Assembly: GCF_006345805.1 (NCBI RefSeq)
Contig: NC_043017.1
Span: 23,250,001 to 23,314,000, forward strand
Origin: Octopus sinensis
Taxonomy: Eukaryota
Direction of reading: 5' to 3'
DNA length: 64,000 bases
Positions 50,791-63,869 of this stretch are shown here, piece after piece. The position numbers and the translations under genes were made by a program. The stretch's first letter is position 1, and each line of letters starts with the position of its first letter. Under the pieces are notes generated by a model, which had not been told where the DNA came from, did not search any database, and saw nothing but the letters and a program-made list of their open reading frames with translations.

Positions 50791-53038
50791 CATAGCTCTG
50801 ATGTAAACCCTGCTGTGAACATGCACAACAGGTTGCTTATATGTAATGTAAGTAAAGTTCTGGCAGATGTTATATATATTAGGTTCATATAATGAATGAG
50901 ATCCATAGATAATTTTAAGAATTTTGGTATGAGCATGTATATTGCAATATTCTTGGGAATGTGCTAAAATAATAGATGAAATGGTTCTCACAAAGTCATT
51001 TCGCACATCTCTGATAAGCAAAGTGACCTTTTGATCTCTTAGGGATAGTCAAGTACAAATTTTGGATTATTGTATACTTAGTTCCCAAAAGTCAATTCCT
51101 ATAACTTGTGCTTGAGCATTACTATAAATAATTGGAATGTACAAATGGTTGACTGTATCAAGGAACACCATATAGTTGATATTGCTGTATTATTTTGCTG
51201 CTTTTTCCATGTTTTTAGTTTTCTATTTTCACACATGATTTAGCATTGGGAGGAAAGGTAGTACCCATGCCCCTTTTCATGGTGTGTAAGGCTTGTAGAA
51301 AGAAGGAAATTATCTTCCAATCAGAGACCTGGTCCAACTACCTGCAACATAATATACTCCACTAAAAGCATCCATAGCCAGGCAGTGGTATTAAACCCTA
51401 ACCCTAACCCTAACCTTGGATAAAGTCCACCACCCCAAGACAGGAACTGTCCCGACAGGTTTCCACAGTTTCTATTAACCAAATTTTACCGACAAGGTTT
51501 TTGTTGATCCAAGACTATGATAAAAGCCACTTGCCCAAGGCATGTCACATTGGATTGAACATGAAGCAATATAATTGAAAAACAAACTTCTTAACCATAG
51601 TGTTATGCTTTTCCACATTTTCTTTAGTTGTAGAAACACTCTATGATAATATTTTTCAATGGCTGCTATAATATTCCATTAGAAAATTATAAAATCCAGT
51701 TGAATCAAAGCCATAAAGTCATTTCAAAATTCAACTAGTTCTTTACTGAAACAACCTGGAAATACTAAGAATAATTATAGTAATGGTTTCTAATATAGGT
51801 ACAAGGTCAGAAATATTCAAGGAAGCAGTTAGTCTACTATCTGCCTCAGAACTTCCCTGGTACTTTATTTAAGGACAAGAGGAAAAGCTGATCTCCGTGG
51901 GAGATGAATACAGAACACAAAGATCTCCGAAAAATGCCAGGAGGTATTTTGTCCGATGCTCTAATAATTCTGCCAATCACCCTCTTAAGGAATTTACAAG
52001 TCATTGAATAATATGTTAAGTACTGGAAAATGGTTTAAGAAATAGAAATATGGTAATGCTTTTTATATTTCTTGTTTTAATTAAAATGAATTTTCATGAA
52101 AGACTTTATTTTATAGTCTTCCACTGATTACCCTAATTCCACTATTCCATTAGCATATAAATATTGATTTGCTTCATTGGTACAAGGTCACACATTTCTC
52201 AGAGAAAGATTTGCATTGAACTAACAAGGAGGTAGGCAGGCTTGCAAATTTTACCACTTATATAGGTACTAGATTATTCACCATATTATGGTATAATGTT
52301 ATGAATATACTTATAACTCTGGGGAAAATATCAGGTAATGTTGCATAGATACAATAATATAATTTTAATTTTTTCAAATTTGATGGTGTTTATACAAAAC
52401 AGATAAATGAATACTAATTTTCAAAAACAGTATATATTTATCAAATTGAAATGAAATTAAATAAAACAAAATTTTCATACAAATATTTGCAATAAATATT
52501 TGTTAACGATAACAATTACACTAATTAGCTATCAATTAATTATAGATGTGATTATTATCTGATAACACCCACTGTCATAAAAATTATTGACAAGTGACAA
52601 TCTAGCTAATACATATGCCAAGTGACAATCTGGATAACATAAATGGTGACAATCTACTTAAAACTTAATAACTAAGGGATATAACTCCAATAATATTGAG
52701 TTATATCCTTTTGCATGATGTGACCAAGACACCAACAACATTTATTAATACTCGCAAAGGTCCAAGTAATTCCATGGTGTGAAACAGCATATTTGAATAT
52801 CTTCTTTCCCTTCTGTCAATGTATGTATCTCTCTGATGAGCCTTTAAACCTAATTTTAAAAAAAGCGGTGCCCCAGCATGGCCTCAGCCTTTGCTCTGGA
52901 ATGCATAAAAGATAAAAGTGTAAAACACTTGATTGTGCCTGAGATTTGGACACACAAATGCAGAATAACATAGACCTTCTTCCTCTTTCTCATGTTTTTT
53001 CTCTGATCCTCTATTTCTGTTTCTCTCTTTGTCTCCCC

Positions 53039-53122
<84 letters not shown>

Positions 53123-55344
53123 TTCTATTCAAGTTTTTACCTCACTTGGTGTAACATAAGGAGAAAACAGACTGATCACAAGAACAACAAGAATAATATT
53201 ACAATGAGATTACTATCCATCATCATTGACACCTTGTTGTACAATTCACTCCAACAGAATTCTAATCCAAAGCAAGGCAGAGCTATGATTTAGACATTTC
53301 AGTTCATTCCACCATATTATTTTTAGAACACTGGATCTAGGACTAACTTATCCACTATATCCCTTAATTTTTTAAGATGGTTAGGCATAGTTTGAGGATA
53401 ATTTGGGTTAAATAACTACTTGAAGGCTCCCATATTTAAAAGATCTGAGAATTGCTCCAGCACTCGTTGAGTAGGAATTGGATGAATGAGAAAAAAAATG
53501 AATAAAAAACTTGTTTGAACCAAACATAGTTTGGTCCCACAATTAAGAACCTCATGCTCTATTGACTGAGCTATGTAGTTGAGCAGTCAACCAGATTTCA
53601 TAATTTTATTATCCATTATTAATGAGACACTCTTATATGAAACATTTTATCTTCATTTGTCACTGAAGATAATGAATTTACAGAAACAATAGAGTATCCA
53701 ATCTGTATCTTAAGTGTTGCAATCACATTTTTGAAAGTCCTCTAAAAATGTCTTTAAAAAATCATTTTGTTATTTGCAGGTGAAAAAGAATTCTCAACAA
53801 AATTCTGATTAAAAAATTATAGACTACTCTTGGTTGTCATTTTCATAAAACTATCATTATAATCAATAGATTAGATATTTAGATATATAGATATTAATTG
53901 TTAACAATGTAGACAATTGTAAACAATACTTACCTATGATTGAAATTTATTGATCTGCAAATACCTTTATTTTCAAAGATGTTTAATTAATTTATTGCAG
54001 TTTATCCAAATTTTGTATGATCAATATTTTTCTATGAACAAATAGATTTTGGTTGTAAACAAATTTCTTTCATACATTTCTGTGATAGGAAAGCTAAAAT
54101 ACAACTAAAATTGGATTATTGGATTATTATTACTGGTTTGTTTTTGTTTTGTTTTGTTTTGTTTTCACAAATTACAAAATGGTCTTATTTAAGTGGACAT
54201 GTAAAAAGAATGTTGTAGAGCCTAAAATACAACTAATAATGGTTCATGAAGAAGAAAGTAGATATTTGATCAACTGAATCTGGAAAGCCAGCAAAACAAT
54301 GTTCTTTACCAACAACTACACCTACTGATATAGATACTACTGCAGTAATTCTTCAGCAAGGATCCTGCTGAGTTTTAAACCCCCATGCTCAAACTCCCCA
54401 GCTCAGAACTACAGCCTGCCATACTGCCATGAAAGGCAAGATCAGTGATGAAAAGTTAACTGTGTGGTCATAAAACGTATTAACACAAACACAAATGTAG
54501 CTTGACCTGTAAGATTAGTTGGTAGGTAACTGAGCTGAATATTCCAGCCAAATAATCTGGACGAATTTTCTTGAAAACCTCCATTGGGTTTAAAGAAAGT
54601 AGATGAATTGAACCCTAGGCAGAGCCGTCCAGAACTCCTCACAGAACCTTGTCACTCTACTCTAAGATGCTCTTCCATTGTCTTTTGTTTCCTTACAGAA
54701 TGGCCTATAGCACTACACTGAATTATATCACTCAATGCCATGATAGGTGGCATTACTTTACCTAGAACAACCTGAGATGCTACTGGAAGCTGTATCAGTC
54801 AGCTTTTTGATTATGCATTCTCATTCTTTCCATTTGATTTATTTTCAATAAAAATGAACTGTCTTCATATTGCTATTTAACATATTTTCCAGTGCATACT
54901 TGTACTTATGTCATTCAGCAATATTTCCTGTATGTTGTTGCATTTATTCAAATGTCATATATAAGTAAATGCAAATGTTCCTAGTTAATAAAGTGTATGG
55001 AAGCTTGTATGAAGATTAGAGTAGTCATTATGAATGTAACATGCAGCCTGTCAAATGTTGAAATTCATCAATCATTGTTTAACAACCTGATACCAACACT
55101 AAACTTCAATAAAAGTTCTAATTTCTATATCTGGAACAGAACAGATTTTTGTTAATTGTGGACTGAGTTGGTTGTTACATGAGAAACACTGGAGAGTGGC
55201 CTTTTCTAAGTATGCTTCACAAGCACAAGTATTGGTGATACAGGGAAATGTAATACACAATGAATTGGATTCAATGAAAGTGATGAATTTGGGAATTCAA
55301 TGAATGCCAATAGACAATGCACAGTAATGTTTGAGAAAGCTAGC

Positions 55345-55880
55345 TAAAAGAGGAACTATTGAAAGAAAGTGGTTATGCTATTCAAAAAGGCCAGGAAGAA
55401 TCTATTGTTTTGAATGTAAATTGTTTGCATTTGTATAAACAATTTACATTTGATGTAAATTGCTTACATTTATGTAAACAATTCACATTGTATGTAAATT
55501 GTTTACAATTGCTCTGATTAGTCTTAGTATTAATGATGGGACCATCATTTATACCAGTTAAATGAGCATGAAAAATCAACAAGCCATATGTATGCTGTAA
55601 GTACTTTCGCTTAGTGATCTAGTATTCATGGACATGTTGATTCAGGTATGTAAAAGAAAAATGATGAATCAAACATGTTAGGAAAAGATATTGCATAGAT
55701 TTGTTAGAATGATCAGAGTATTGACAGAACATAGTTTGAGTTTTAGAGCTGAAAACTACAAAGCTGGCTCACCTCAGTGGTAACTAAATATGAGTCTTGG
55801 GACTTATTGCTGAAGCACATTAATTTACATGCCAACAATGATGCAATTCACATCAATTATTTAGCTTCCACTAATAGAGA
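55345..55880 (+). pseudogene. hAT transposase remnant (TTF-type zinc finger and DUF4371-like region)
   Basis: RGTIERKWLCYSKRPGRIYCFECKLF...WDHHLYQLNEHEKSTSH...KILHRFVRMIRVLTEHSLSFRAEN...LGLIAE...NYLAST across stops and frameshifts. Confidence 0.82.
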
Positions 55881-57075
55881 AGGTGATAGTCATTATAGGC
55901 TAACAAGTTTTGAATGAATTGGTTATTTGTGAAAAAAGCTCAGTATTTTCTGTAACCTAATTCTTCTGAAGATTACATTCATGTTCTTTGAATTACAAAG
56001 TAACTTGGAAAGAATTAGGAAGAATTAATGAATGTACTACTTGCTATATTTGGGGACAAAGATAAAACAAATCAGCGCTGTTGTCCTACCAAAAGTTTGC
56101 CATGGTAGCTATTTTACATCAAGATGAACAGAGACAGAAGAGTTAAGAGTTATAGACATAAACACAATGGTTTGAGATGAGCCACTGACTCTTCAGTCAG
56201 TAAACTGGTACTAGTGTTAGAATGAAAGGAACAACACACATTACATTCATAATAAATATATAAATAAGGAAATGAGATAAGGTAAAAATAGAGCTATGTC
56301 CTTTTTTAAGTGTTTTCTCTCTTAATCAAATGAAGAAGAGCACCTGAGACATGTGGGAGGCAAAGAAGAAATTATATTATCTTCAGGCCACAGACCTAAG
56401 TTGAACATTTGCAACTTAAAGAATCATGTGATTAGATATTGATTTCTTGTTAATAACTAGTTTGGTAAATACTTTAAAATGATGTATGTTTAGTGGGTAG
56501 GGAACCACTCATAATCTTTATGTAACATTTTTTCTCTCAGAAGTTATATTGAACATGTTTAGCATTTAATGGTTGGTTTGATTTTTCAATCTCAACTTTA
56601 GGTTTCACACATCACACTTTATCCTTCCAAGTTACTCTCCTTTCATTCAGGCCTTTCATCATCCCTTCAAATCCTCTGAGTCATTTTTCCTATTCATTCA
56701 TTCATTCAAGTATTCATGTTTTAATTAATTTGTTCACTTATCAGTCATATACAATAACAAATCAGACCTAAAACTTTATTGTGTCTATGTTGAACGCCAT
56801 AATCTTGGTCCAAATCCCAGTCAGATTTATTCTTCATCTACTAGAACTAACTTCCCTTGGTTTTACGAAACAAATCAACAAAATATACTTTCTGTCTGGG
56901 TTTTCAAAAGCAGAAAAAGGACAAACATCATAAAGTTACTTTTGTTATTCTTGTTTATCACCAGAGCAGCTCACATCAAGCAGATGTATCATCAAAGGAA
57001 CTCTAACTGTAACCAATTTTTCCTTTTTTCCTTTTTCATCTTTCAGATTTCATTTACCTGAAACAGTTCTAAGTG

Positions 57076-57356
57076 AATTCGTCTACAACAATTTGTCTAC
57101 TACAATTCGACTACAACAATTCATCTACAATTTATCTGTGTGAGTGCACGCGCGTGCGTGTGCATGCATGTGCGTGCACGCGTGCGCATGTGCATGCGCG
57201 CGTGTGCATGCGTGCGTGTGCATGCGCGCGTGTGTGCATGCGTGCGTGTGTGGTTGTATGTATGTGTATGTATGTGGTTGTATGAGGTTGTAGATGAATT
57301 GTATCCATAGATAAATTGCTGTAGATGAATTGTTGTAGACAAATTTGCCATATACC
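57076..57356. mobile_element. Foldback element with inverted arrays of a 14-bp unit
   Basis: Four direct copies of aattcgtctacaac at 57076-57131 and three to four reverse copies at 57287-57345, around a (TGCG/TGCA)n core. Confidence 0.75.
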
Positions 57357-57469
57357 ACTTGAAACTATATTAACCAATGTGTCCTTCCATTTCTAGAATG
57401 ATAGGCTATACTGTGAAGATCCTGGTTGCTATTTCTAACTGAGAAACTCTCTTACAGACTCATTGATAA

Positions 57470-57680
57470 GTTGTTGTTGCTGCCTTAGGTCAGCACTGAT
57501 TGAGCAGACTTATGATCAAAAGCATTCTAACTGCGACCGCCCATCATTTTTCTATGTGCATGGAGCTAGGATTTCATTGTACAACATGCTCTTTACTTAG
57601 ATGAGGGCATGTTACTTGAAGAAAGTTTGGCAGCTATTTCTGGTAGGTTGAAGGACTACATAGAAGTTCTTTTGCTGGCT
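57470..57680 (+). repeat. Family C dispersed repeat
   Basis: ccttaggtcagcactgattgagcagacttatgatcaaaagcattctaac...gtttggcagctatttctggtaggttg. Confidence 0.65.
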
Positions 57681-59334
57681 CATTGGTGAGTTAATAGAAC
57701 ATATGTGCAGTAATAGACAAGTTTTTTTCAGGGCAGGAAGGAAGAAGCATTTCTGTATGATCACATGGTGTGCAGGCAAAATAACGGACTTGTATTTAAA
57801 AATAAATTAATAAGTAAATAAGTAAAGGAAGATCCTCCTTCTGTGAATGCAGTTGTACTGCTTTTTTAAAGGATTGGTCAAATTTCCTGTGTAAAGAATA
57901 GAAGCATGTAAATATTATTGTGTGTAGTGAGTGGAAAACAAGTGTTTAATTCCATATACAAAAATAGAAAAGTCTAAATGTAAGGAAAGTGTGTGCATGT
58001 GTGTGCGTAAGTGCATGTGCGCGCACGCATGTGTGTGTTTAGGAAATGTGTATCTGAATATGTTTGTGTGTCAAGGCAGCAATATTTTCTTGCTTGAAAT
58101 TTGTTGAACAGAGGAATAACCTTAAATCTTGAAAGAGTGAGCAGTCAATAGCCTTATGATTCAAGGTGTGTAAAATATATTAAGTTTTGTTTGGTCCAAG
58201 TTATTCCTGATTAAGTAGACCTATGGTCTAAGCTGTATTCCAACAGCTGTTTTTCAGTCATGGTTTATCTTGGTCTACATTATTCAGTGTCCTTTCTGTT
58301 GGTTTTGTTTAGGTCTAGGTCAGCCTGGATCAGACCTATGAACAAATGCATTTCAACTATAATCATCACATAGATACAGTGAACCTAGGACCACTTTTTC
58401 TATTTCTTGATATCTTAAATTTAATATGATAGAATGTGATTTGAGAGAGATGTTACTGTGTTTAATAGGATAAGTGATGACATAGCGCAGTAATAAAACT
58501 TCTGTAAATTTATCTTGATAATGTAAAATCTATGATTGCTGCAAATACATAAATGCAGGTAGTCTATTCAGAATCTAAGACACAAATTTTCCATGATACT
58601 TTAAATACAGCAACTTATAATACAAAATGTATCTCAGTTCTATTCATTTACTCATGAATATTATTTACAGATATTGCTGCATTTGTGGAACTTCTGAAAA
58701 GATAGCAAGTAATTATGAGCTGTTAGATGACTACTTTTTCTAAAACAAACTGATTAACTGATCTATTTGTAAGTTTTATGAGCAGTTTGAAGAATCACAA
58801 TGATCAAATAGACAAGCTGTCTGCATTTGGGCTAACTCTTCCTCTCACTCTATCCAGAAACTATGGAGAACAGAACTGACTAGAAACTGACAAATAGTGT
58901 TGTGTAACCAGCCTTGGGATCAAGTAAGCATTCTGACCAAAGTCCTGAGAACAAACCATCATTTTGAATATAGTGTTGACATCAAATCATCATTCTGACA
59001 CCATAAAGAAGTCATTAAAATGAATACAACACACATTAATTTGTCATAAAAATAAGAAATATCTAATGTCTGGAATAGATCCCTTTGTCTCTCCATTGCA
59101 ACCTAAGATACTTAAATGTTTTTCTATATTGTAATGAATTTTGTTGAAACAGACGGCCTTTTCAAGTTTCCTGGAATTTCACCTATTGAAGTCTGTTATG
59201 CCTTTTCTAAACAATGTATTGTCTATAGCAAAATTATCATTCACTATTAAATCACTCTATTTTATATTCTTTCTTTTTTTTCTTTTCTAAATAAAATGAT
59301 CATGTTAATTATTCATCAGCATCATCAAGACTCC

Positions 59335-59760
59335 TAAACTGATGTCGTCAATCATTGGGGTGCCACTCTAGACACTTTTGCAGTCAGCCATCACCACTGA
59401 TCTCTGTCATGCATAGCAGGGTTGCAGTGCTGTGACTAGTCCAGTCTTTGAGGTTTTCAGGCCAGGATTTTCTGTCTGCCTCTCTTTCAGCCTCTTTCAA
59501 CTGTGCTTGGAAGGATGGCTTTGGACAGGGAGTTGTGGTGGATGCATGACCATACCAGGCAAGCTTTTATCTCTTTATCTGTGCAAGGAGTGGTTCCTAT
59601 CTGCCACTGTATTTGTTGTCTTGCTGCCTGACAAAGCTGTTCATTTTGTGCTCTGTATATAGAATGTGTTGCAGACTTCTGAAGTGCTTGTGCCTAAATG
59701 TCTCTATTCTTCACTCCATGTCAGCTGTAAGAGCTCAGTTAACTACAGTGTGGAAGCCTT
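59335..59760 (-). mobile_element. RTE-clade LINE 3' end, decayed
   Basis: LTADME*RIETFRHKHFRSL.HI.YTEHKMN.FVRQQ...EPLLAQIKR*KLAWYGH...HNSLSKAIL..TVE.G*KRGRQK.W.ENLKDWT. Confidence 0.9.
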
Positions 59761-59774
59761 GGTTCAATAGCATA

Positions 59775-61020
59775 TGAGTGGAGTACCCAAAAGTAACCAG
59801 AAACGTTTTGTGGGACAAACCCATTGTAGTTCAGGCTTCCACTACTAGAAGCCACTTGATGTGACCATCAGGCATCAGTTTGCTGACTGGCAGTGTCAGG
59901 TGAGGTCATATTGCCACGTGGTACGTCTTTGTTTTGCAGTACTTCTCCCCTGTTTGTCGGTTTTTGCAATGGCTGAAACAGGGGGACAGTGTGCTTCCGT
60001 GAAATTCTGTTTACTACTGGGGAAAATGGCAGCCAAAACACTTCTCATACTTCAAACAGCTTACAAGGACATTACCATGAGCAAAACACAAGTTTACATG
60101 TAGTTTTCATACTTTTGGAATGGCCACTTGTCACTTGCAAACCAACCTCATTCAGGACAATTGTTGACCTCCCAAAAAAATGACGAAAATTCATGAACTG
60201 ATCATGGAGGACCATTGCTGAACGATTGACAAACTTGCTGATATGACTGGTGTGTCCTGGAGCTCCTCCCAACGAATTTTGAGTGAGGAATTGTGAATGA
60301 AAAGAGTTGCAGCAAAATTTGTGTCTCACTTGCTCATGAAAGATCAAAAGCAGTCACAACTGATTGTGTGCTGTGAACTGAAAGAACTGTTGGAAGTTGA
60401 TCCGAATCTTTTTGAAAGGTCATCACTGGCGATGAAAGCTATGGCTACGACCTGGAAACAAAGCAACAGTCAAGTCAACGGAAGTATTCCATGTGATCAT
60501 GCCCCCAAAATGTGTATCAAGTGAGATCCAATGTCAAGACAATGCTGATTTATTTCATCAATCCAAAAGGAATTGTCCACACAGTATTTGTTCCTCCTGG
60601 TCAAACTGTTAACCAAATATTTTACTGGGCAGTTCCGAAACATTTGCAAGACATGGTGAGACAAAAATGCCCTTACCAATGGTAAAAGTGGAGAGTGGTG
60701 GTTTCCTCATGACAATGCACCTTCGCACACCACCTTGAATGTGAGACAGTTTTTGACTAAAAATGGCATGACCCTGTTTACCCAACCCCCCTATTCACCC
60801 AATCTAGCTCCTTGCAACTTTTTACTGTTCCTCCAAAAAGTTCTTAAAGGAAAACGTTTTGCAGATATGGAAGAGGTGAAGAAAGAAACGATGTAGGCAT
60901 TAAAAACCATCACTTTGCAAGAGTTTGAGGACTGCTTTGAACAGTGGAAAATTCTTCTGGATCAATGCCTTGCTTCAAATGGAGAAAACTTGGAAGGCGA
61001 TAAAAGGGTAAACATGTAAA
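59775..61020 (+). mobile_element. Decayed mariner element, right TIR missing
   Basis: TA at 59773-59774, then tgagtggagtacccaaaagtaaccagaa (left TIR-like); transposase follows; no matching right TIR seen. Confidence 0.88.
59969..61019 (+). pseudogene. Mariner transposase pseudogene
   Basis: MAETGGQCASVKFC..LGK...MSKTQVY...MKRVAAKFV...TGDESYGYDLETKQQSSQ...PHDNAPSH...PPYSPNLAPCNF.LF...GENLEGDK, with stops and frameshifts. Confidence 0.9.
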
Positions 61021-61044
61021 ACTAAGTGAATGAGTAAAACTTGT

Positions 61045-61540
61045 GTATGAGCAGCCACTCCACAATAAAAAAAAATCAGTGTTCACTGTGCTGTTTCAGA
61101 GCATGCATCATTGGACTGATATTCTTTGACAGTGCTGTCAACACAGAGATCAATTTGAACATTTTGGACCAATTTTGTGCTCAACTCATTGAAGATGAAA
61201 GGCAGGTGTACTTCTTCCTAGCAGGATGAGGCAACTTGCGACATTTCTCTGATGTCTATTCGGCAAGTCCATGTGATCTTCTCTGAGGAACACACAGTTA
61301 GCAAAAATTTGTGGCCACCACATTCTCCTGAACTTTTAACATAATTATTATCTCTGGGGATGCTTGAAGAGCATGCTGTAAGAAAAAATCTACACATAAT
61401 ACAGGAGCTGAAGGACAATATCACTAATATGGTTGAAACCACACATGTTCCTATTTTATGCTGGGTATAACTAAACATGGTCAAACATACACAGCAATGT
61501 ATTAATACCACAGAGGACTATTTTCAAAATTTTCTATGGT
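61045..61540 (+). pseudogene. Second Tc1/mariner-superfamily transposase remnant (rosa/maT-like)
   Basis: EQPLH..KISVHCAVS...IIGLIFFD..VN...F*QDEATC...VSKNLWPPHSPEL...YLWG.LK...ELKDNI...QCINTTEDYFQNFL, matching the QQDGAT.H / WPPRSPDL / LWG.LK pattern. Confidence 0.8.
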
Positions 61541-62424
61541 GGTGAGTCCTTTCCAGCACTTGTAAATTTATTTCCATCTTTTGTTTGTATAGCTGTTCAA
61601 TGTGCCAAATATTTTCAATATATATCTTACAGCAAGATATATTTACGTTTTGGGGCTAAATTTAATACTAAAGTTTTGCCTTGTGGGTCACATGGTTGAG
61701 TAAGTCCTTTTCATGAAGGACAAGAGAGAGACAAAGTGTAACTAATGATAAGTGTAGATAACAGAATGAGTGTAATAAACTTAATCTTGATAGTCATTTT
61801 ATGCTTGCTAGCTACTTTTATTTCCATAGTTCAATGAACATTGTATATTTCTAGCAATTAACTTCCTTGTCTTTGTCTCTTTCACCACCCACCAAATGAA
61901 AACTGACACAATACAGTCTGATTAATATCAGCCTTTAAATTACAAACTTTAAGCATTTGGGGACAATCATCAATCTATATTCATTTTGCAACTGTAACTG
62001 ATTTAAATCTTAAGGTGACATAAATAACAATTAATGTGTCATATGTTGCTGATGTTCAAGTGTGATATTCTGAATTCAGAGTATAGGTCATATACAACAC
62101 ACTAGGTATGCACCATGAATTTGTTTAAGAAAACAAATTAAGTCTTTACAGCAGAACTTATACTTCTTCGCTGATATAGTTCTAAATCTATTGAGGTCTA
62201 TTTTGCTTTTCAACTTTCTGGCATTAATAGAAAATATCAGTCAACTACTGGAGTCAATTTAATATTCTGTTAAAGCACCTAAGTTGTGAATGGAAATATA
62301 TATTTATGTGCATAGAAGCTTAAAGTTTTATCTGAGTTCTCATATGTTATCAGGTGCTATGATAAATTCAAATAATAGTTATTTTAAAACAAATGTATTA
62401 TGGTAGAGTCATTATATGCATTAA

Positions 62425-62645
62425 CCCTTTAGCATTTAAACCGGCCATATCCAGCCAAAAGTATTCTGCCTGTTTTATGTTCAAACTGTCCAGATCTGGT
62501 CTCTCACACCAACCCTACAATATCGTTTTAAAAATTAACATCTACCTCATCAAAATCGCAAAGCTACAAGATAATGCCTGATTAGTTCAAGGCAATGTGG
62601 ATGAAAAAGCATTAATTTTGGTAGAATAATGCGAACACTAAAGGG
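62425..62645. mobile_element. piggyBac-type MITE, 221 bp
   Basis: TTAA at 62421-62424 and 62646-62649; termini ccctttag / ctaaaggg. Confidence 0.85.
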
Positions 62646-63202
62646 TTAAAGCACACACATACATTGTTATATTCACTTTATTTTATTATCATTTTACAAG
62701 ATCAAGGGAAGTGGAGTGTCAGTTACTAACTTGTAGATATTCTGGATGACTTTAACACATAATAATATCTTGTTGTTAATCCACTGGTCAAGGAGAGAGT
62801 GATCAATAAAATAAGTATCCACAAAGTACTGGGATCAATATAATCGGCTAGATCATCCACTTAAATGTGAAGCCTTTTGCTTATGTGAGAAACCAATATT
62901 TCAAAATGATGTTAAGGTACAAAATTAATATAACAGTGTGTATTTAATGGCAATAATGATTGAAGTCAAGCACTCTTGACTTCAGTCAAACCCTCCTCAC
63001 ATCCAGGAACAGGAAAAAATATTAACACAATTATCCTAAAAATATATTACCCTTGGCATATACTTGAAACACTCTGTTGTTGTTCATCCCAAGGTCAGCT
63101 CTAATCTAGAAGTTGAATGATCAAAAGCATTCCAACTGTAACAATCCCATTTATTTTCAAGCATACAGTGTGACACTTTAAAGACAGCAGAGTGTGAGTT
63201 AA

Positions 63203-63423
63203 CCGTTTCCTAACTGTATATATTTTGAGATTCTCAGTGTTTCTCTCAATTATTTTAGATATAACAAAGAATTTAGTAAAATAACTTAGTTATCATTAAG
63301 CTAGTGTTAGGAACATAAATTGTGACTAAGGTTTGGTGGAAGATTTTAATTCAAAACTTATGAAAACAAGACATTTGTACTACAGAGCCAGAGCCGGTTT
63401 CAGCTGGGTTGGTAACAAAAGGG
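63203..63423. mobile_element. piggyBac-type MITE, 221 bp, inserted in a family C repeat
   Basis: TTAA at 63199-63202 and 63424-63427; termini ccgtttcctaac / gtaacaaaaggg; removing it restores gtgtgagttaaaggagatttgg of family C. Confidence 0.75.
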
Positions 63424-63869
63424 TTAAAGGAGATTTGGTTGCTGTTTCAAGGTCAACAAGATGCAGCGGTTCAAGGTCAACAGGATGCAGCCATAAAATT
63501 GACAGCTTGTCTATTTGACTGCTGTGATTTTTCAATCTACCTATGAAAATTCATTATAAATTAGTTAGTTTAACCAGGGTACATTAAATTACAAATATCC
63601 TTGTTAAGGATACAATGTAGTGATATTGGCACGATATATCAAAACTGCTGGTTTTATGGCAAGTCATCCAGGATGGAGCCAACATAGCTATCTAAGGTCT
63701 TTGTATTCCAAAGCTACTTCTGTTCCAAGAACTATTCAGTCTTTCTCCTTCAAATGGGATCATTCTCACTGCATAGAAATGCTCAGCATGAAGAGCTAAG
63801 AAGACAAGGAAACTGATCAGTTCAATAATCATCCCAAGTTGTAAATAAGCCCTTGTAAACCTAATTTCA

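Noticed and set aside
50743-51021. 92-aa ORF with SHSLYEPNIY vaguely like a GPCR NPxxY motif
   Set aside because: TM6-TM7 spacing and hydrophobicity do not fit; its 3' end runs into a SINE.
53934-53954. 21-nt minus-strand micro-exon (tttgcag ... AG|gtaagt; SINFNH)
   Set aside because: Good splice dinucleotides but too short to distinguish from chance without RNA data.
54442-54642. 66-aa minus ORF with N-glycosylation-like motifs
   Set aside because: No consistent acceptor/donor pair and no recognised homology.
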